Shown one piece after another: positions 16,998 through 47,686 of a DNA stretch of 64,000 bases; the first letter of the stretch is position 1; each line of letters opens with the position of its first letter. Made by a program: the position numbers and the translations under genes. The DNA is from Amoebidium appalachense (Eukaryota > Protista > Ichthyosporea), in assembly GCA_963693365.1 (NCBI GenBank), contig CAVNZM010000004.1, forward strand, positions 9,638,468 through 9,702,467. The letters run 5' to 3'. The notes under the pieces are model-generated. The model saw nothing but the letters and a program-made list of their open reading frames with translations. It did no database searches and was not told the DNA's origin.

Positions 16998-17388
16998 GGA
17001 TGTTCTTATCGCGCAATATTTGTGGGAAGCCAACCCGAAATTCTTCGGTTCGTTTTACGCAAAAAAAACAACAACACAAAAATATATAATATCGGCGAAA
17101 TTATTTGCTGGCACCCAAAAGTCACAGGGCTTCTTTCTTTCACTATTTCTCCGGGCCTTCCCTCCCCCCTTCCCCCCCCTCCCCCCCTCCAAAAAAATAA
17201 ATGAAAAGAAGGAGAAAAAAGGAAAGAAAGGAAAGAAAGAAAAGAAAGGAAGGAAGAAAAAAACACACACATACACTTCTCCCCTCCTAAAACACACACA
17301 CACACACACACTGACACACACACACACGCGCGCGCGTACACACACACACACACTGACACACATACAACACACACACACACACACACAT

Positions 17389-17472
<84 letters not shown>

Positions 17473-17554
17473 GAACACACGCACACGCACACAGACACAC
17501 ACACACATACACACAAGAACACACATGAACACATGCACACACACACACACACCG

Positions 17555-17647
<93 letters not shown>

Positions 17648-18203
17648 ACACACACACACAGACAGACACACACAAGACACACACACACACGTGTTATCCT
17701 TAACCCCGGCCAGCTTGCAGTTGGAATTATTATCCCCCCAGCTTGGACGCCCGAATCTTCACCTTAAATTTGAAATAATTAGCCTGGTTTTTCTGCACCA
17801 TAGCTGCATTTACACGTGCACCAGCACCATAGTCTAGAAACACAATTTATTGATATTTAACGATATCAACCGTTTTATTAACACGTCTTACGTATGTATA
17901 TATATTAGAATCCATGCCCCCGTCCTGTGGGTGGGTATCAGCCCCTGGCAAGAAGCCTACTATTGATGGCCGGCCAACTGGACAGACCGTGCCCCCGTTA
18001 CGTTAAGCAGGCAGGCATATGATAATACGATAAAATGCTAACAACTTAAACAAACCATAGTCACGGGATAGGGTAAAAAATTTACTCTAAGCTAGTCTTG
18101 CTTCTAAATCACTACTAGTCGACCTCCACGTGTTGTGAATGACGGGGATTACTACATACATAACTAATGATGATGACGGTCCACTCCACCACAATCAGAA
18201 GCA

Positions 18204-19488
18204 TCAGTGCCTAATATAAGTTATGTAATGATTACACCATACTCTCACCACTAGTAGCCTTCCCATCATCAGTGTCCCTACTATCCACATTGTCAATGAC
18301 CGCATATATCCATTATGGCAGATACGGGGCTTTGGCCTGCGCACAGCCAGCAGAGCAATGAGGGCCACAAAGGCCACCAGCATGCCCCCCACAGCCAATC
18401 CCGTCACTGCGCTGTGGCTGCTGCCACCATTGGCAGCTGAGACCTCCGCAGGCGCCACACTGCGCGATACCATCACATGGCCATTGGGTGAGCTGGCAGC
18501 AGGGGCAGCTCCACCCACCTTCCAATTAATTGTAGCTGGAGGGGGCATGTCGGCAGCTCCACCCACCTTCCAATTAATTGTAGCTGGAGGGGGCATGTCG
18601 GGAGCTCCACCCATCTTCCAATTAATTGTAGCTGGAGGGGGCATGTCGGCAGCTCCACCCACCTTCCAATTGATTGTAGCTGGAGGGGGCATGTCGGCAG
18701 CGGCGCCCACCTTCCAATTAATTGTAGCTGGAGGGGGCAAGTCGGCAGCCTCACCAATATTAGGCACGATTGTAGCTGGAGGGGGCATGTCGGCAGCTCT
18801 ACCCACCTTCCAATTAATTGTAGCTGGAGGGGGCATGTCGGCAGCTCCACCCACCTTCCAATTGATTGTAGCTGGAGGGGGCATGTCGGCAGCGGCGCCC
18901 ACCTTCCAATTAATTGTAGCTGGAGGGGGCAAGTCGGCAGCCTCACCAATATTAGGCACGATTGTAGCTGGAGGGGGCATGTCGGCAGCTCTACCCACCT
19001 TCCAATTAATTGTAGCTGGAGGGGGCATGTCGGCAGCTCCACCCACCTTCCAATTAATTGTAGCTGGAGGGGGCATGTCGGCAGCTCCACCCACCTTTCA
19101 ATTAATTGTAAGTGGAGGGGACATGTCGGCAGGCTCACCCACCTTCCAATTAATTGTAGCTGGAGAGGGCATGTCGGCAGCTGCGCCCACCTTCCAATTA
19201 AATTGTAGCTGGAGGGGGCGTGTCGGCAGCTGCGCCCACCTTCCAATTAATTGTAGCTGGAGCTCGAGGGGGCGTGTTGGCAGCTGCACCCACCTTCCAA
19301 TTATTTGTAGCTGGAGGGGGCGTGTCGGCAGCTGCGCCCACCTTCCAATTAATTGTAGCTGGAGGGGGCGTGTTGGCAGCTGCGCCCACCATGGGCACGT
19401 TTGTAGGTGGAGGAGCCATATCGCAGGCTCGACCGTCGACCATGTGTTCAGGCTCAACGTGAGACATCTTTGTCGCTGCTGCTGCCAT
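18204..19488 (-). pseudogene. Intronless Pro-rich 16-aa tandem-repeat protein with C-terminal transmembrane helix; one frameshift and one nonsense codon
   Basis: ccaaaATG at 19488; repeats PPPATINWKVGGAADM; extra base near 19200 and TGA in place of TGG at 19098-19100; TM segment AVTGLAVGGMLVAFVALIALLAV followed by RRPKPR. Confidence 0.65.
18506..19390. repeat. 48-bp minisatellite (about 18 units) with a 192-bp higher-order repeat
   Basis: Unit cagctccacccaccttccaattaattgtagctggagggggcatgtcgg; the variant unit encoding IVPNIGEAADL recurs after 4 units. Confidence 0.95.
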
Positions 19489-20036
19489 TTTGGTTATTGG
19501 GTTGGATAGAATGAGGGTGAGGAGGGTAGCGAGTTGGAGATTTCAGCACGCACTGTACGTAATTTAGAAGCTGCGAAGTTGTTAACGTGGGGCTTCAGCT
19601 AGTTGACTGACCTGGAACACTTAACTGACGTCACTTTATACCTGTGGTATCTGTTTGGAATCTGTGGATCTTCAACATGAGCCAATGAACATTCAGATTA
19701 GATTATGGTGTGTACAATGGAATGTGCCATCAGGGCTACAAACGAAAACTTTATGTTGCCATCAGGACTACAAACGAAAACTTCGCTATCCAGCGAATCA
19801 GCAGGTTCTGGGCACTGCAGGCCTAAAGATCTGAAGATCAATAATACCTGTAATTATCACCTACACAGACAAACATTCTCGTTGCATATAGGAGATGAAT
19901 TTAAAGGGCTTTGAAAAGGGCCGAAAGAAGCCTTTTTCCAGTAAAAAGAGGTGCGTTACAAGGCTTAGGCTCTACCTCACAGGGCTTCGAACTGTCGAAT
20001 TGATTTATTCCGTCATCTAAGATCTTGATCGGGTGT

Positions 20037-20199
20037 CAGGGGTTGCCTGGGTTTGGCGCTCTTAATCGTATTAAGGCAAATTCCCAGCATTTTGACACCC
20101 TTCAGGGTCGTATTTACTAATTGGATGCCCCCTTTTAATCGTATTGCGGGGTTTTCTAAACCGTATTTTGGACCGATACGATTCGTAAAGCAAACCCTG
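20037..20199. mobile_element. hAT-type MITE (163 bp)
   Basis: TIRs caggggttgcct / aagcaaaccctg (10/12) and a perfect 8-bp TSD tcgggtgt at 20029-20036 and 20200-20207. Confidence 0.88.
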
Positions 20200-20641
20200 T
20201 CGGGTGTTTGTTTGAGTACCCATATATGGCTAGGTCAAGGGGAATATGATTTGGTTTCAGCGGATGAAATATGGTTGGATCTCATCAGTTTTTGGCGCGA
20301 AATGTGGAAAAACGTAATCTGGTGCTGGGAACGTTCTACGGGTGCATCGCGGCGGCACTTGGCGGCGCAATCTTCCAAAGAGGGACACACCAGTACCCAG
20401 CAGTCTTGTACTCACCTACTTTTCCATTTCTCGACTCGAAACACAGGCCCTTTGTAGCTAATAATCCAACATCTGCTTGCTTTGTTCCGTAGCTTTTGAC
20501 TTTTTTTATATACCCCTTGTCAGCACATGCACAGGTGCGTTTGCAATGCACTGTGCGTCATTCTTAGAACCAGGCTAGTGTGCGTCATTCTTAGAACCAG
20601 GCTAGTCAACCAATCGAACGTCTGCCCTATAGAACGGCAAC

Positions 20642-39245
<18,604 letters not shown>

Positions 39246-41064
39246 TTAGCCTTGACAATGCATGGCTATGGCATACTGCATGCCATTGGTCATTACTAGT
39301 CAGTTGCTAATTTACAACTGTAAATATTGAACAAATGCGCCTTTCGCGAATGGTGGTGGTGGCAACGGTGGGTCCGCGGCGTGTGTGTCCGTGGGTCCTT
39401 GTTTGCATTCGTGTGTGCGTGCACAGTGTGTGCGTGTATGCATGTGTGCGTGCGTATGTGCGTGCGTGTGTGCGTGTGTGCGTATGTGTGTGCGTACGTG
39501 TGTGTGTGCGTGCGTGTGTTGTGTGCGTGTGTGACACTGTGTGTGTGTGTACGGCATGCGCGCGCGCACGTGTCACCACTGTGTGTATCTGACAGTGTGT
39601 GTTTGAGGGGGAGGGGGGGGGGTGTGAGCCGAGGGGGCTACCTTTCGACTCGGACCACCAGAGTAGTGTTATTATTATTAAGGAATGTGTGTTGGGTGGG
39701 AGGGTATAATAACACTGAAGGTCTGCAATTATTTGAAGTACATATTATGTTGCCCAAACGTTTGCGGGACTTCTGAAGGAGCACTGAACTCTAACTTTGA
39801 AGGGGATCCGGAGAGGGTAGAAAGGGGTGCCGTGCGATGGGCGGGGAAGAAGGCAGAAAAATAAGTCAAAGCAGAAAACTTTTTTGGGTATGTCATGTGT
39901 GTGTGTTGCCTTTCAATTGGTTCAATTGCAACTGAGGCCCTTGGGCCCGTGTGGCATAAAAAATGCCGGGAGTGAATGTGTATCAGTGCAAATAAATGAT
40001 ATGTTTGTTGTCACAAGTCAGTATATGGACAGTGTGTGTGTATGTCAGTGGAGGGTTAATGATACTCCGCGGTTGGCATGTATGGCCCGGGTGGGAACCC
40101 TTATGATATTATATTCAACACATCGATCATCCCCACCGTAGGCTACGTCGTTGCCGCAGGACACGGTGTACCACGGTAGTAGATGTCATTACATGATCAT
40201 TTTATACACTGCATGCATGCTAATTAATCTTCCTCACTTGTTAATGGATAACTCGTGAAGTTTTTATTGTCTTCTCAGTATGCCGTGCATACTTGCATAT
40301 CTTTCCGTCGAATAAATCCAGTCAAAAGAAAAATTTTCCTGAGTATGTATAGTTATTACTGAGAAAGAATATCAGTCACAACGGTTCAAACTTTCCAAGC
40401 CCTCCAGGGCCCCACGTGCACACGATCAATGCCAAGTTAAAACTGGAATAGACATGTCATAGATAGATAGATAGATAGATAGAGGACCGTCTCTAAAAAG
40501 AGTGGAATGGCGGGCCATGACCAATACACTGATAGGTGCACCAATGGCAAAGTGTCAAGGCTTTGTCAGCTAGTTTGCGTGCAGGTTGCGTTCACCTACG
40601 CAACACGATGCCATATTAAAAGCAAAATACCATCAGGCAGAAACAGCACGGTCGACGCAGTCGGGGGTGCGCGCCTATGCATGCAACTACTAGTAGTTGT
40701 TTGGGCAAAAACATGCAGACGTCCCTGTGGCATCCCCTAGTAGGCTTACCTCCGGACCCCTCCCAATGATTACAAGCCCTTCCTCCCTCCTGCCAAACCG
40801 TGGCACGCGTGGCCTGTCAGCCCCCCCGGCCTCCCAGGGGAAGGAGAGTTTTAAAAATGAAAGCGTGACACCATGGCCACACCGGGCATTGGCATGTAAG
40901 CTTGCACATGTCCTAACTTATATGGTGCACCGTAGATTCGGCTTGAGGCTCGACTCCGCGGCGTCCGACCCCTCGAGTCTCAGTACGTGGCCTCCCTTGC
41001 ATGTTAGTATCATGATATAAAAAAATATTAAAAAAATAAATAAATAAAAAATAAAATTAAAAAA

Positions 41065-41266
41065 CGGGGAACCCCAACTAATTTATTTTTTTTCTTAGTC
41101 TTTATGTGTCTCGTAGAGAAAGTAAACCCTGATATATAATCATTCATGATGCACCCGACATCTATGTACGTGATCATGATATACGGTCATGAGGGGATAT
41201 TCCGAGCAAAAAACCCCCCTACCTGAGACTGGTCTCTCTTTGCCTCGAGTAAACAGCGTAAACCCC
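41065..41266. repeat. About 200-bp dispersed repeat, copy 2 (inverted relative to 7732-7929), preceded by an A-rich tract
   Basis: Direct alignment to the reverse complement of 7732-7929; A-rich tract at about 41018-41064. Confidence 0.85.
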
Positions 41267-42426
41267 TATGATATATCGATAGATCTACGGTGACCAATAC
41301 TTTATTAAAACATGACATGCATTTGCATATGTGCACTATACTCGAAGTGCCAATCACTAATGTAGCCTTTTAAGTTAGTGATAACAATGACAATTGTGCT
41401 CGAACTTCCTGGAGATGTCACAGCTAGTACTGCTATATTGATCTGACAATTCCGTGCCGTGCACACGACGTCGTAGTACTATGTGACATGCATATGTGCC
41501 ACGTGCCATATCTTCCACGTGTTTTATAACCTCATGACGCACACACAAATGAAGTGTTTCAATGTACACTGTCGCACCGTGGCACCGTACGGCATCAGTG
41601 CATATATGATCAGGGCGTTACACCATGTAGCAACTAATATACACATTTAGTGCCGTCTCTTCAAACACGTGCACGGTGGTCTGACTGCGCGAATCCCCCA
41701 AAAAAACCCCACAAAAAATGCAACTTGGTTTCGCATCCCGTGGACAGCAAGGCTTCCGATTACAAATTTGCCATGCCATAGCCGTCCCATGATAGAGTAA
41801 TTTGAAAGTATTAGTAGCTAATATGACCGGGGCTTATGATCTTACCATATATATGTTGTACCTGAATGACTTGGAAGATTATATTCATAGTCGAGCACGA
41901 GGCTTTCTTTTTTCCAAACTCATATGCATGATCATACATGTTACATGTACTAGTATCAAAAAATATGGGGCGGTCCGACGGTACACGTCGACGCCAACTT
42001 GCTTTGTATTTCACTTTGATAATGCATATCCAACTTGTGACGGCGCTGTCGACGTCCTGGGGTGTGGGGTTATGTATGTGTGTATAATTATATTTATGCC
42101 ACGGTAGCTACTGTAACATGTACATGTGCTTCATGCAAATGCTCAGCAAATTTGTAGGTGCCTAAAATGAGTATACTCACTGATGCCTCTCGGGCCGTAC
42201 GCCACGTTTCAGAGGGCCGTGCGTACGCGTACCTACTTGAAGGCCGTCCGACGGTCCGAGGCTGCAAACGGGTTTCAGGCGAATGTGAGCAACCAATCAT
42301 CATCGGGCATAAAATTGGCGGTGTTGCAGATACGAAAGGTAGCCCTACGTATACGGAGATTCAAATATCCCGGAAAACAGGCTGGGAGAAGTCCATAATC
42401 TATTATGAGTGCCGCCTAGACCAGGC

Positions 42427-42985
42427 TAGTGGTTCGATTCGTGTGAAAAGCCAGATTGCCAGATTGCCAGAATGCCAGAATTTTGATGGCATTCCAGAAA
42501 GGCTAGATTTCGGTCCGGTTCTTGTAGAGCTAAAATCTAGCTTTTTGGGTCAAGAAGGCACTTGCCATTTTGCGCGGTAATAGAATATCTTGGCTTATCT
42601 TAATGAACAATAAAAGTTTTGAAATATTATTTAAATAATTTTTATTTTGTTAAATGGGCATTTATTACCAAGTTTTATGCATTTTTGAAAAGCTATACTA
42701 ATAAGGCAAAACGCCTAGGATTGGATACGAACTTTATATGGTGCTGGCGTGGCCAATCGTAAGGCGCAGGGTCAATCTGGCAATCTGGAAGGGGGGGGGG
42801 GGGGGGGGGGGGGGGGGGGTCGCCAGATTCTGGAATCTGGAAGAGGGGTCAAATTGAATCTGGCCTTAAAATTTTGTTTAAATTTTACGTTCCGATTCGA
42901 TTGATCGACGAATAACCATTTTTGGCGAGGCTGTTTTTAATCTGGCAATCTGGCAATCTGGCTTTTGACACGAATCGAACCAGTG
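42427..42985. mobile_element. MITE with about 42-bp TIRs and CCAGATTG subterminal repeats
   Basis: tggttcgattcgtgtgaaaagccagattgccagattgccaga (from 42430) vs tctggcaatctggcaatctggcttttgacacgaatcgaacca (to 42982), 1 mismatch; TSD not clear. Confidence 0.82.
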
Positions 42986-43694
42986 AAACCGGATTGACCG
43001 TCTGAGTATCAGCCTGAACCCAGCGGCTGACAAATTACCCAAATTATCCCTGTATCTGATGTACGATAATAGTGATGGCAATGATTGCGCCAGTGCGAAA
43101 TCTGAAAAATTATTATCACTGAATGATGACATCACTTTTGCGGATCCCGGAAGCTGCCCAAGCCGCTGGACCATCATGCATACTATGATCACGTGTACAT
43201 ACGGCGCACGCTGCCCGGTGACTCGTGAGAAGTCACCGTCATCACACAACAAAATTTACTGGGAAATAAGAACATACAGCCACTGCCTTGCGAATTTTTG
43301 CTTAATTTTACCTGCACTCTTGAGGAGGAGGAGCCATGTATAATTATGTGGGCAAATTGGTACCGGTGAGGTTGTTGGCACGGCACGTGCGCTGTCACAG
43401 TCCGGAATTCTGGGCAGAGTTTGGGGAGACTTACAGGCTATATGTGGCAATGTACAGTAGATCTATATCAACAGACTGTCTAGGTGAAACATGCCTATGT
43501 ATCAACTGTGGCTGCCACGTGTAAACGTCACTTATAAAAATGCCGCATACTGGAACATTGGAAGACTGCCAGGGTGGCCTACCGTTTGTAGATACAATAG
43601 ACAGAGGTTCAAAGCTTCGCCGAGATTGCAACGTTGGGCATGGGTCCTACGAAATTTTCGAACGTCCTCTGTCCTCTGGTGCTGCAAATGGATG

Positions 43695-44411
43695 TGCGTG
43701 AACAGCCCGAGTCCAGGTCCAGATTGGTTTGGCCAAACATTAGCAAAATCGGGACTGAAATCCAGCCTGCGGCAGTCCAGATACCCCTCAAACTCGGTCG
43801 GCGGCGGACAATCCAGACCGCCGCGCGGCTGGCTGCTTTTTCGGATCGCGGCCCTGGCGGGTCTTACGAAGTTCTTCATTTATGGAAATTATACGCATTA
43901 ATATCATATGATAAAAGCAAGTTATAAAAAACCAAAAGTGTGTGATTATTTTATAGAATATATCATAATTCCTGGCATCCCTTTCGCAAGTCATTTTTTT
44001 TTCTCACTTTGGCGGCCGGCTTCCTTCCAAACCTTATATATACAAACGCTTAGCCTATTTTGCGCTGACCATAAATTACGCACATGGCACCAGCACTTCT
44101 TGGGAACAAACCCCCCCCGGGAAGGTATCTTATGTAAATGATCTTTACCCACTATGTAGGTGATCTTTAGCGCAAACTTTCGACCAATCCAATGAATCTA
44201 AAATCCAGACCTCGGTTGCGAAAAACGACCCTCGATTTTTGTAACCGAGGTCTGGATTTCTGCGACTGGAATCATTGGCAAAATCCAGACGTCCAGATTT
44301 CAGAATCCAGATCTAATCACACACATCTTTGGTCAGATACTCTACTCGGAATTCGACCGCATACCATGATCCCAAATTCCCAATCCGAACCTATACCTGG
44401 CTGTTCACGCA
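43695..44411. mobile_element. Possible degenerate MITE rich in ATCCAGA motifs, with an internal hairpin at 44201-44259
   Basis: 13-bp perfect inverted repeat tgcgtgaacagcc / ggctgttcacgca; many tccagac/ccagat motifs. Confidence 0.45.
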
Positions 44412-45941
44412 GGTCCAGTATCAATGTGTACATGAACAGCTTTTGTGGTTGGTTTCGTCTACAATTGATTTTTTATTTATTGCAAGATGTAAACTTTGAC
44501 GAAGATTTAAAGAACAACAAAATTCTAAATTCTAATCTCTTTGAAGACATTTTGTTGCGTTGTATTGACCTCTCGCAATCGGTCGATTTTCTCGTCGCCG
44601 TGGTTCGAAAATGATTTTATCCAACTCGATCTATGTAAGGAATGTGAAGCGGGCCCAGGGAGGCCAGGCTATTGTCAAATCGTGCACATTCTCCGTTTGC
44701 GAAGCATCCAATCATAATCGTAAGCCGCACCGGCTAACCGTCCAAATGCCGACAACTACAGAAGAATGTTCAAGCTACCAATCGACTGGCGGCTTGGAGG
44801 CGCCTGCACAAGCTGGCGCCTGGCAGGAGAGAAAGGTATGCGCCCCGGGGTGTGAAATTGTTGGTTTGGTTGGGGCTTTTTTTGGGCGGTCACGCGAAGT
44901 GGCTCTAAATACACTACATAACAGGGGGCGTCGATTGTCCTAAAAGACTCTTTTTGTGCAATATTCCGTCTCCTAACGGTTTTTTCTCTGCTATGTTTAC
45001 CAATATATTATTTGGTGGACCTAACCTCTAAAGGTTAAAGGTTATTTCTTGCCTCGGAGGCTTAGACTTGAACATATATCTCCCTGGACCGGAAGACGTC
45101 AAAACACGTCTTGTAGACCGCGATCGATTTCCTCCCAGGGAGATAGCTTGGAATGCGACCAATCATTGAGGCTCGCTTGCCGTATGTAACCGTGAAAGCT
45201 CAAAAGACGCGTCACGGTACGGTACTGAGGTGCAGAGCCTCAAGTGTGACTCACTCAAAATGTGCCTCCTGGCAAAAACACAATAGTGGTCATTTTCACC
45301 CATTCTCGCTGATAAGTTTCACCCCCGCGGACAGCAATTTTTGGGCGACACGAGTCGGTACCGGTGACTTGAAGTCTTCGCATCATGACAGTGTAGTCTC
45401 AGACTGAGCCACCACACTCACACCTTGTCCCTTGTCTACAACTGGGTATGTACGGTGGCAAACAGAATTTACTACTTAATTTAATTAGCAGAGGTAGCTG
45501 GACGTCGACCACATGAGACGTACGTGGCTAAGAATAATTATCGCTTGCAACCGGCTGCTACGCGTGTTATAACACTGGCCAGCAGTAGGGGCAATAGGCC
45601 CAAGTTCATATACCTTTACAAGTCTGCGCACTCATGCTCAACTGTGGGGGGCCCAAGCCAGACATAGATAGCGGTACCAATACTAGTAGTACTTTTTATT
45701 TTTTATTTTTTTTATTTTTTTTTTATTTTAACATACGGTGTTGCAGTGATGTGATACGTGCAGCCTGTACTATCAAACCAACACGTAGTTAGTAAACCGT
45801 TGCCGCACACATGTGACAGCCGGGCCGCCAACGACCAAGATTTTTACGGGGCGGCCGCGCTCTCATCATACTCTGTGAACATTAATTTATTACAGGCTTT
45901 CGTCAACATTTAAGTTAATCGGCGAAGTTCTCAGAGTTGCA

Positions 45942-47603
45942 ATGGCTACGACTCTGTTTGATTCAGTGAACCACCAGAACGAGTACCTGTCTCGCCCCAA
46001 CACCATGCATCAACCGGGACTCAAACGATTCCACAGCGACAACCCCCTGTCCTCAGGCCTCCAACAAACCAATTTTGTTGAAGACCCGAGCTACCATGAT
46101 GCCACAACAGAATACGATGCAACACACCTATCTTGGCAGCCTTATCTACCGACACCCTTTCCCCGTTTTGCAAGAAACCTCTCGCTTGAAAATCCAACCA
46201 TTACCACACACAATAACCCCTTGGCAGCCAGACACGCTGCATCTACACACTTGAATGCGGGGCTCGCCGGATACGATTTCGGATCGAGCCTGCATCATGC
46301 AGCTGTAGGTGGCCATGGTGCACACCGGGCCGGCCTGAACTCCACGCTGTCAGTTTCGCGGAGATCTTTCAGCGACACGGCGCTGCCATTTGACGGGCAT
46401 TTAGACAAGAAGATCAAGTTAGTGGTGGAGGAGATATTGGGTGTGAACGGAGGGGTGAGCGGTTCCAACCCAAGTCCGGCGCTTTTGATTAATTCAGGCG
46501 GTATGCCCGTGGCTCGATCACCACACCAGTTACAGTTTGGAAGAACGATGAGGGATATTCGTCGACGGGCCGCGACCGTTTCAGATCACACCACCTCTGC
46601 CCGGGAGTTTTCCTTTACCCCTGCATCGTCAAACTCCTCAGACACACCTCCCCGCAGAAAGCACCACGGCCAAGCCTCCCCTTTAACCCTTCCCATTTTG
46701 GAGGTTACCACCGACCACACAGATTTTCCGATGCATTTGGACGCTGGTGAAAAGGCAACTTACGGCACATGTGCAGCAAGCAACACGGACACTCCCGCCG
46801 GATACTCGCCGTCCGACAGTTCCGCCACGACACCAAACACGCCCATTTCGGAGTGGTCGGGTACGGACGATTGGGCGAACATTTCCGATGTCGATCTGCA
46901 GTTCTTCCTGCTCTCCCTACAGCAAAGTAAGCACACCAGCCCGAATTTCCCCCTCAGCCCCATGGTGGATTCTATTCCCGAGGCACACCCCGTGGAGAGT
47001 ACGAAGCAAGATGCGGGAGACTCAATGGAGATCGAGCCGTCCCCTACCAGCAAACATCTCCTGAATGAACGCGACGACTATGACAAAACGCTGCCGACCG
47101 ATCATAATGCGGCATCTTACGAAACATCCGGCGACATTCAGGAGCTGGGCAGCCCACGCACTCAACCGCACACCCAGGGGAAGGTAGCACGCAACAAGAA
47201 ACCCAGTCGTGTGAGCTCACCCCACAATAACTCTGGTACCTCGGCAACCAGCCTGTACATGTCAGACAACGGAAACTCGACGTCGACCATCAAGACAACG
47301 ACGGTGAAGAAGTGCATGTGGCCTGGTGGCTGCAACGTGACGGAGACCCAGTGGCGCCGGGGGCCCGACGGGCCGGGTACGCTTTGCAACAAGCACGGGC
47401 TGCAGTTTAAGTATCCTGAGGTACGACTTGCACGAAACGAGAGGAGGCGCACAAAGTACAAGGCGAGAAAGGCAAAGGGGTCTACTGCGTCCTCTTCTAC
47501 AGAGTTTCCTTTTATGGCAAGCGGGTATTCGTCGGATACAAAGTGCCAACGTGCAAACTCGGCGAGCGACATGTGGCAAGGGTACGATACCAACAGCGAT
47601 TGA
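45942..47603 (+). CDS. Intronless GATA-type zinc-finger transcription factor (553 aa) with an atypical C-terminal finger
   Basis: Long non-repetitive ORF, Ser/Thr/Pro-rich N-terminus, KKCMWPGGCNVTETQWRRGPDGPGTLCNKHGLQF followed by basic tail RNERRRTKYKARKAK. Confidence 0.88.
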   Translation: MATTLFDSVNHQNEYLSRPNTMHQPGLKRFHSDNPLSSGLQQTNFVEDPSYHDATTEYDATHLSWQPYLPTPFPRFARNLSLENPTITTHNNPLAARHAASTHLNAGLAGYDFGSSLHHAAVGGHGAHRAGLNSTLSVSRRSFSDTALPFDGHLDKKIKLVVEEILGVNGGVSGSNPSPALLINSGGMPVARSPHQLQFGRTMRDIRRRAATVSDHTTSAREFSFTPASSNSSDTPPRRKHHGQASPLTLPILEVTTDHTDFPMHLDAGEKATYGTCAASNTDTPAGYSPSDSSATTPNTPISEWSGTDDWANISDVDLQFFLLSLQQSKHTSPNFPLSPMVDSIPEAHPVESTKQDAGDSMEIEPSPTSKHLLNERDDYDKTLPTDHNAASYETSGDIQELGSPRTQPHTQGKVARNKKPSRVSSPHNNSGTSATSLYMSDNGNSTSTIKTTTVKKCMWPGGCNVTETQWRRGPDGPGTLCNKHGLQFKYPEVRLARNERRRTKYKARKAKGSTASSSTEFPFMASGYSSDTKCQRANSASDMWQGYDTNSD

Positions 47604-47610
47604 GCGAATC

Positions 47611-47686
47611 ATTGAATATTAGGGTTTATATTTATCTTTTTTGGTGAATTATTGAATATTAGGGTTTATATTTATCTTTTTTGGTG
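47611..47686. repeat. 40-bp tandem duplication just after the GATA gene stop codon
   Basis: attgaatattagggtttatatttatcttttttggtg at 47611 and 47651. Confidence 0.85.

Noticed and set aside
18506-19390. CRISPR-like appearance of regular repeats (also 36379-36775)
   Set aside because: Contiguous tandem units with no unique spacers, no cas genes, eukaryotic context.
18358-19509. 383-aa + strand ORF (TFQLIVAGGGMSAAPP repeats) and the alternative minus frame (LPTCPLQLQLIGRW)
   Set aside because: By-products of a 48-bp repeat lacking stops; only the INWKVG frame has a plausible start, unique N-terminus and TM anchor.
20053-20492. ORFs upstream of RecQ as a possible first coding exon
   Set aside because: One runs through the hAT MITE, and no phase-0 donor in these frames matches the 20633 acceptor; probably 5'UTR or promoter.
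47619-47666. TTAGGG telomere-like motifs
   Set aside because: Two isolated hexamers produced by a 40-bp duplication; not an array.
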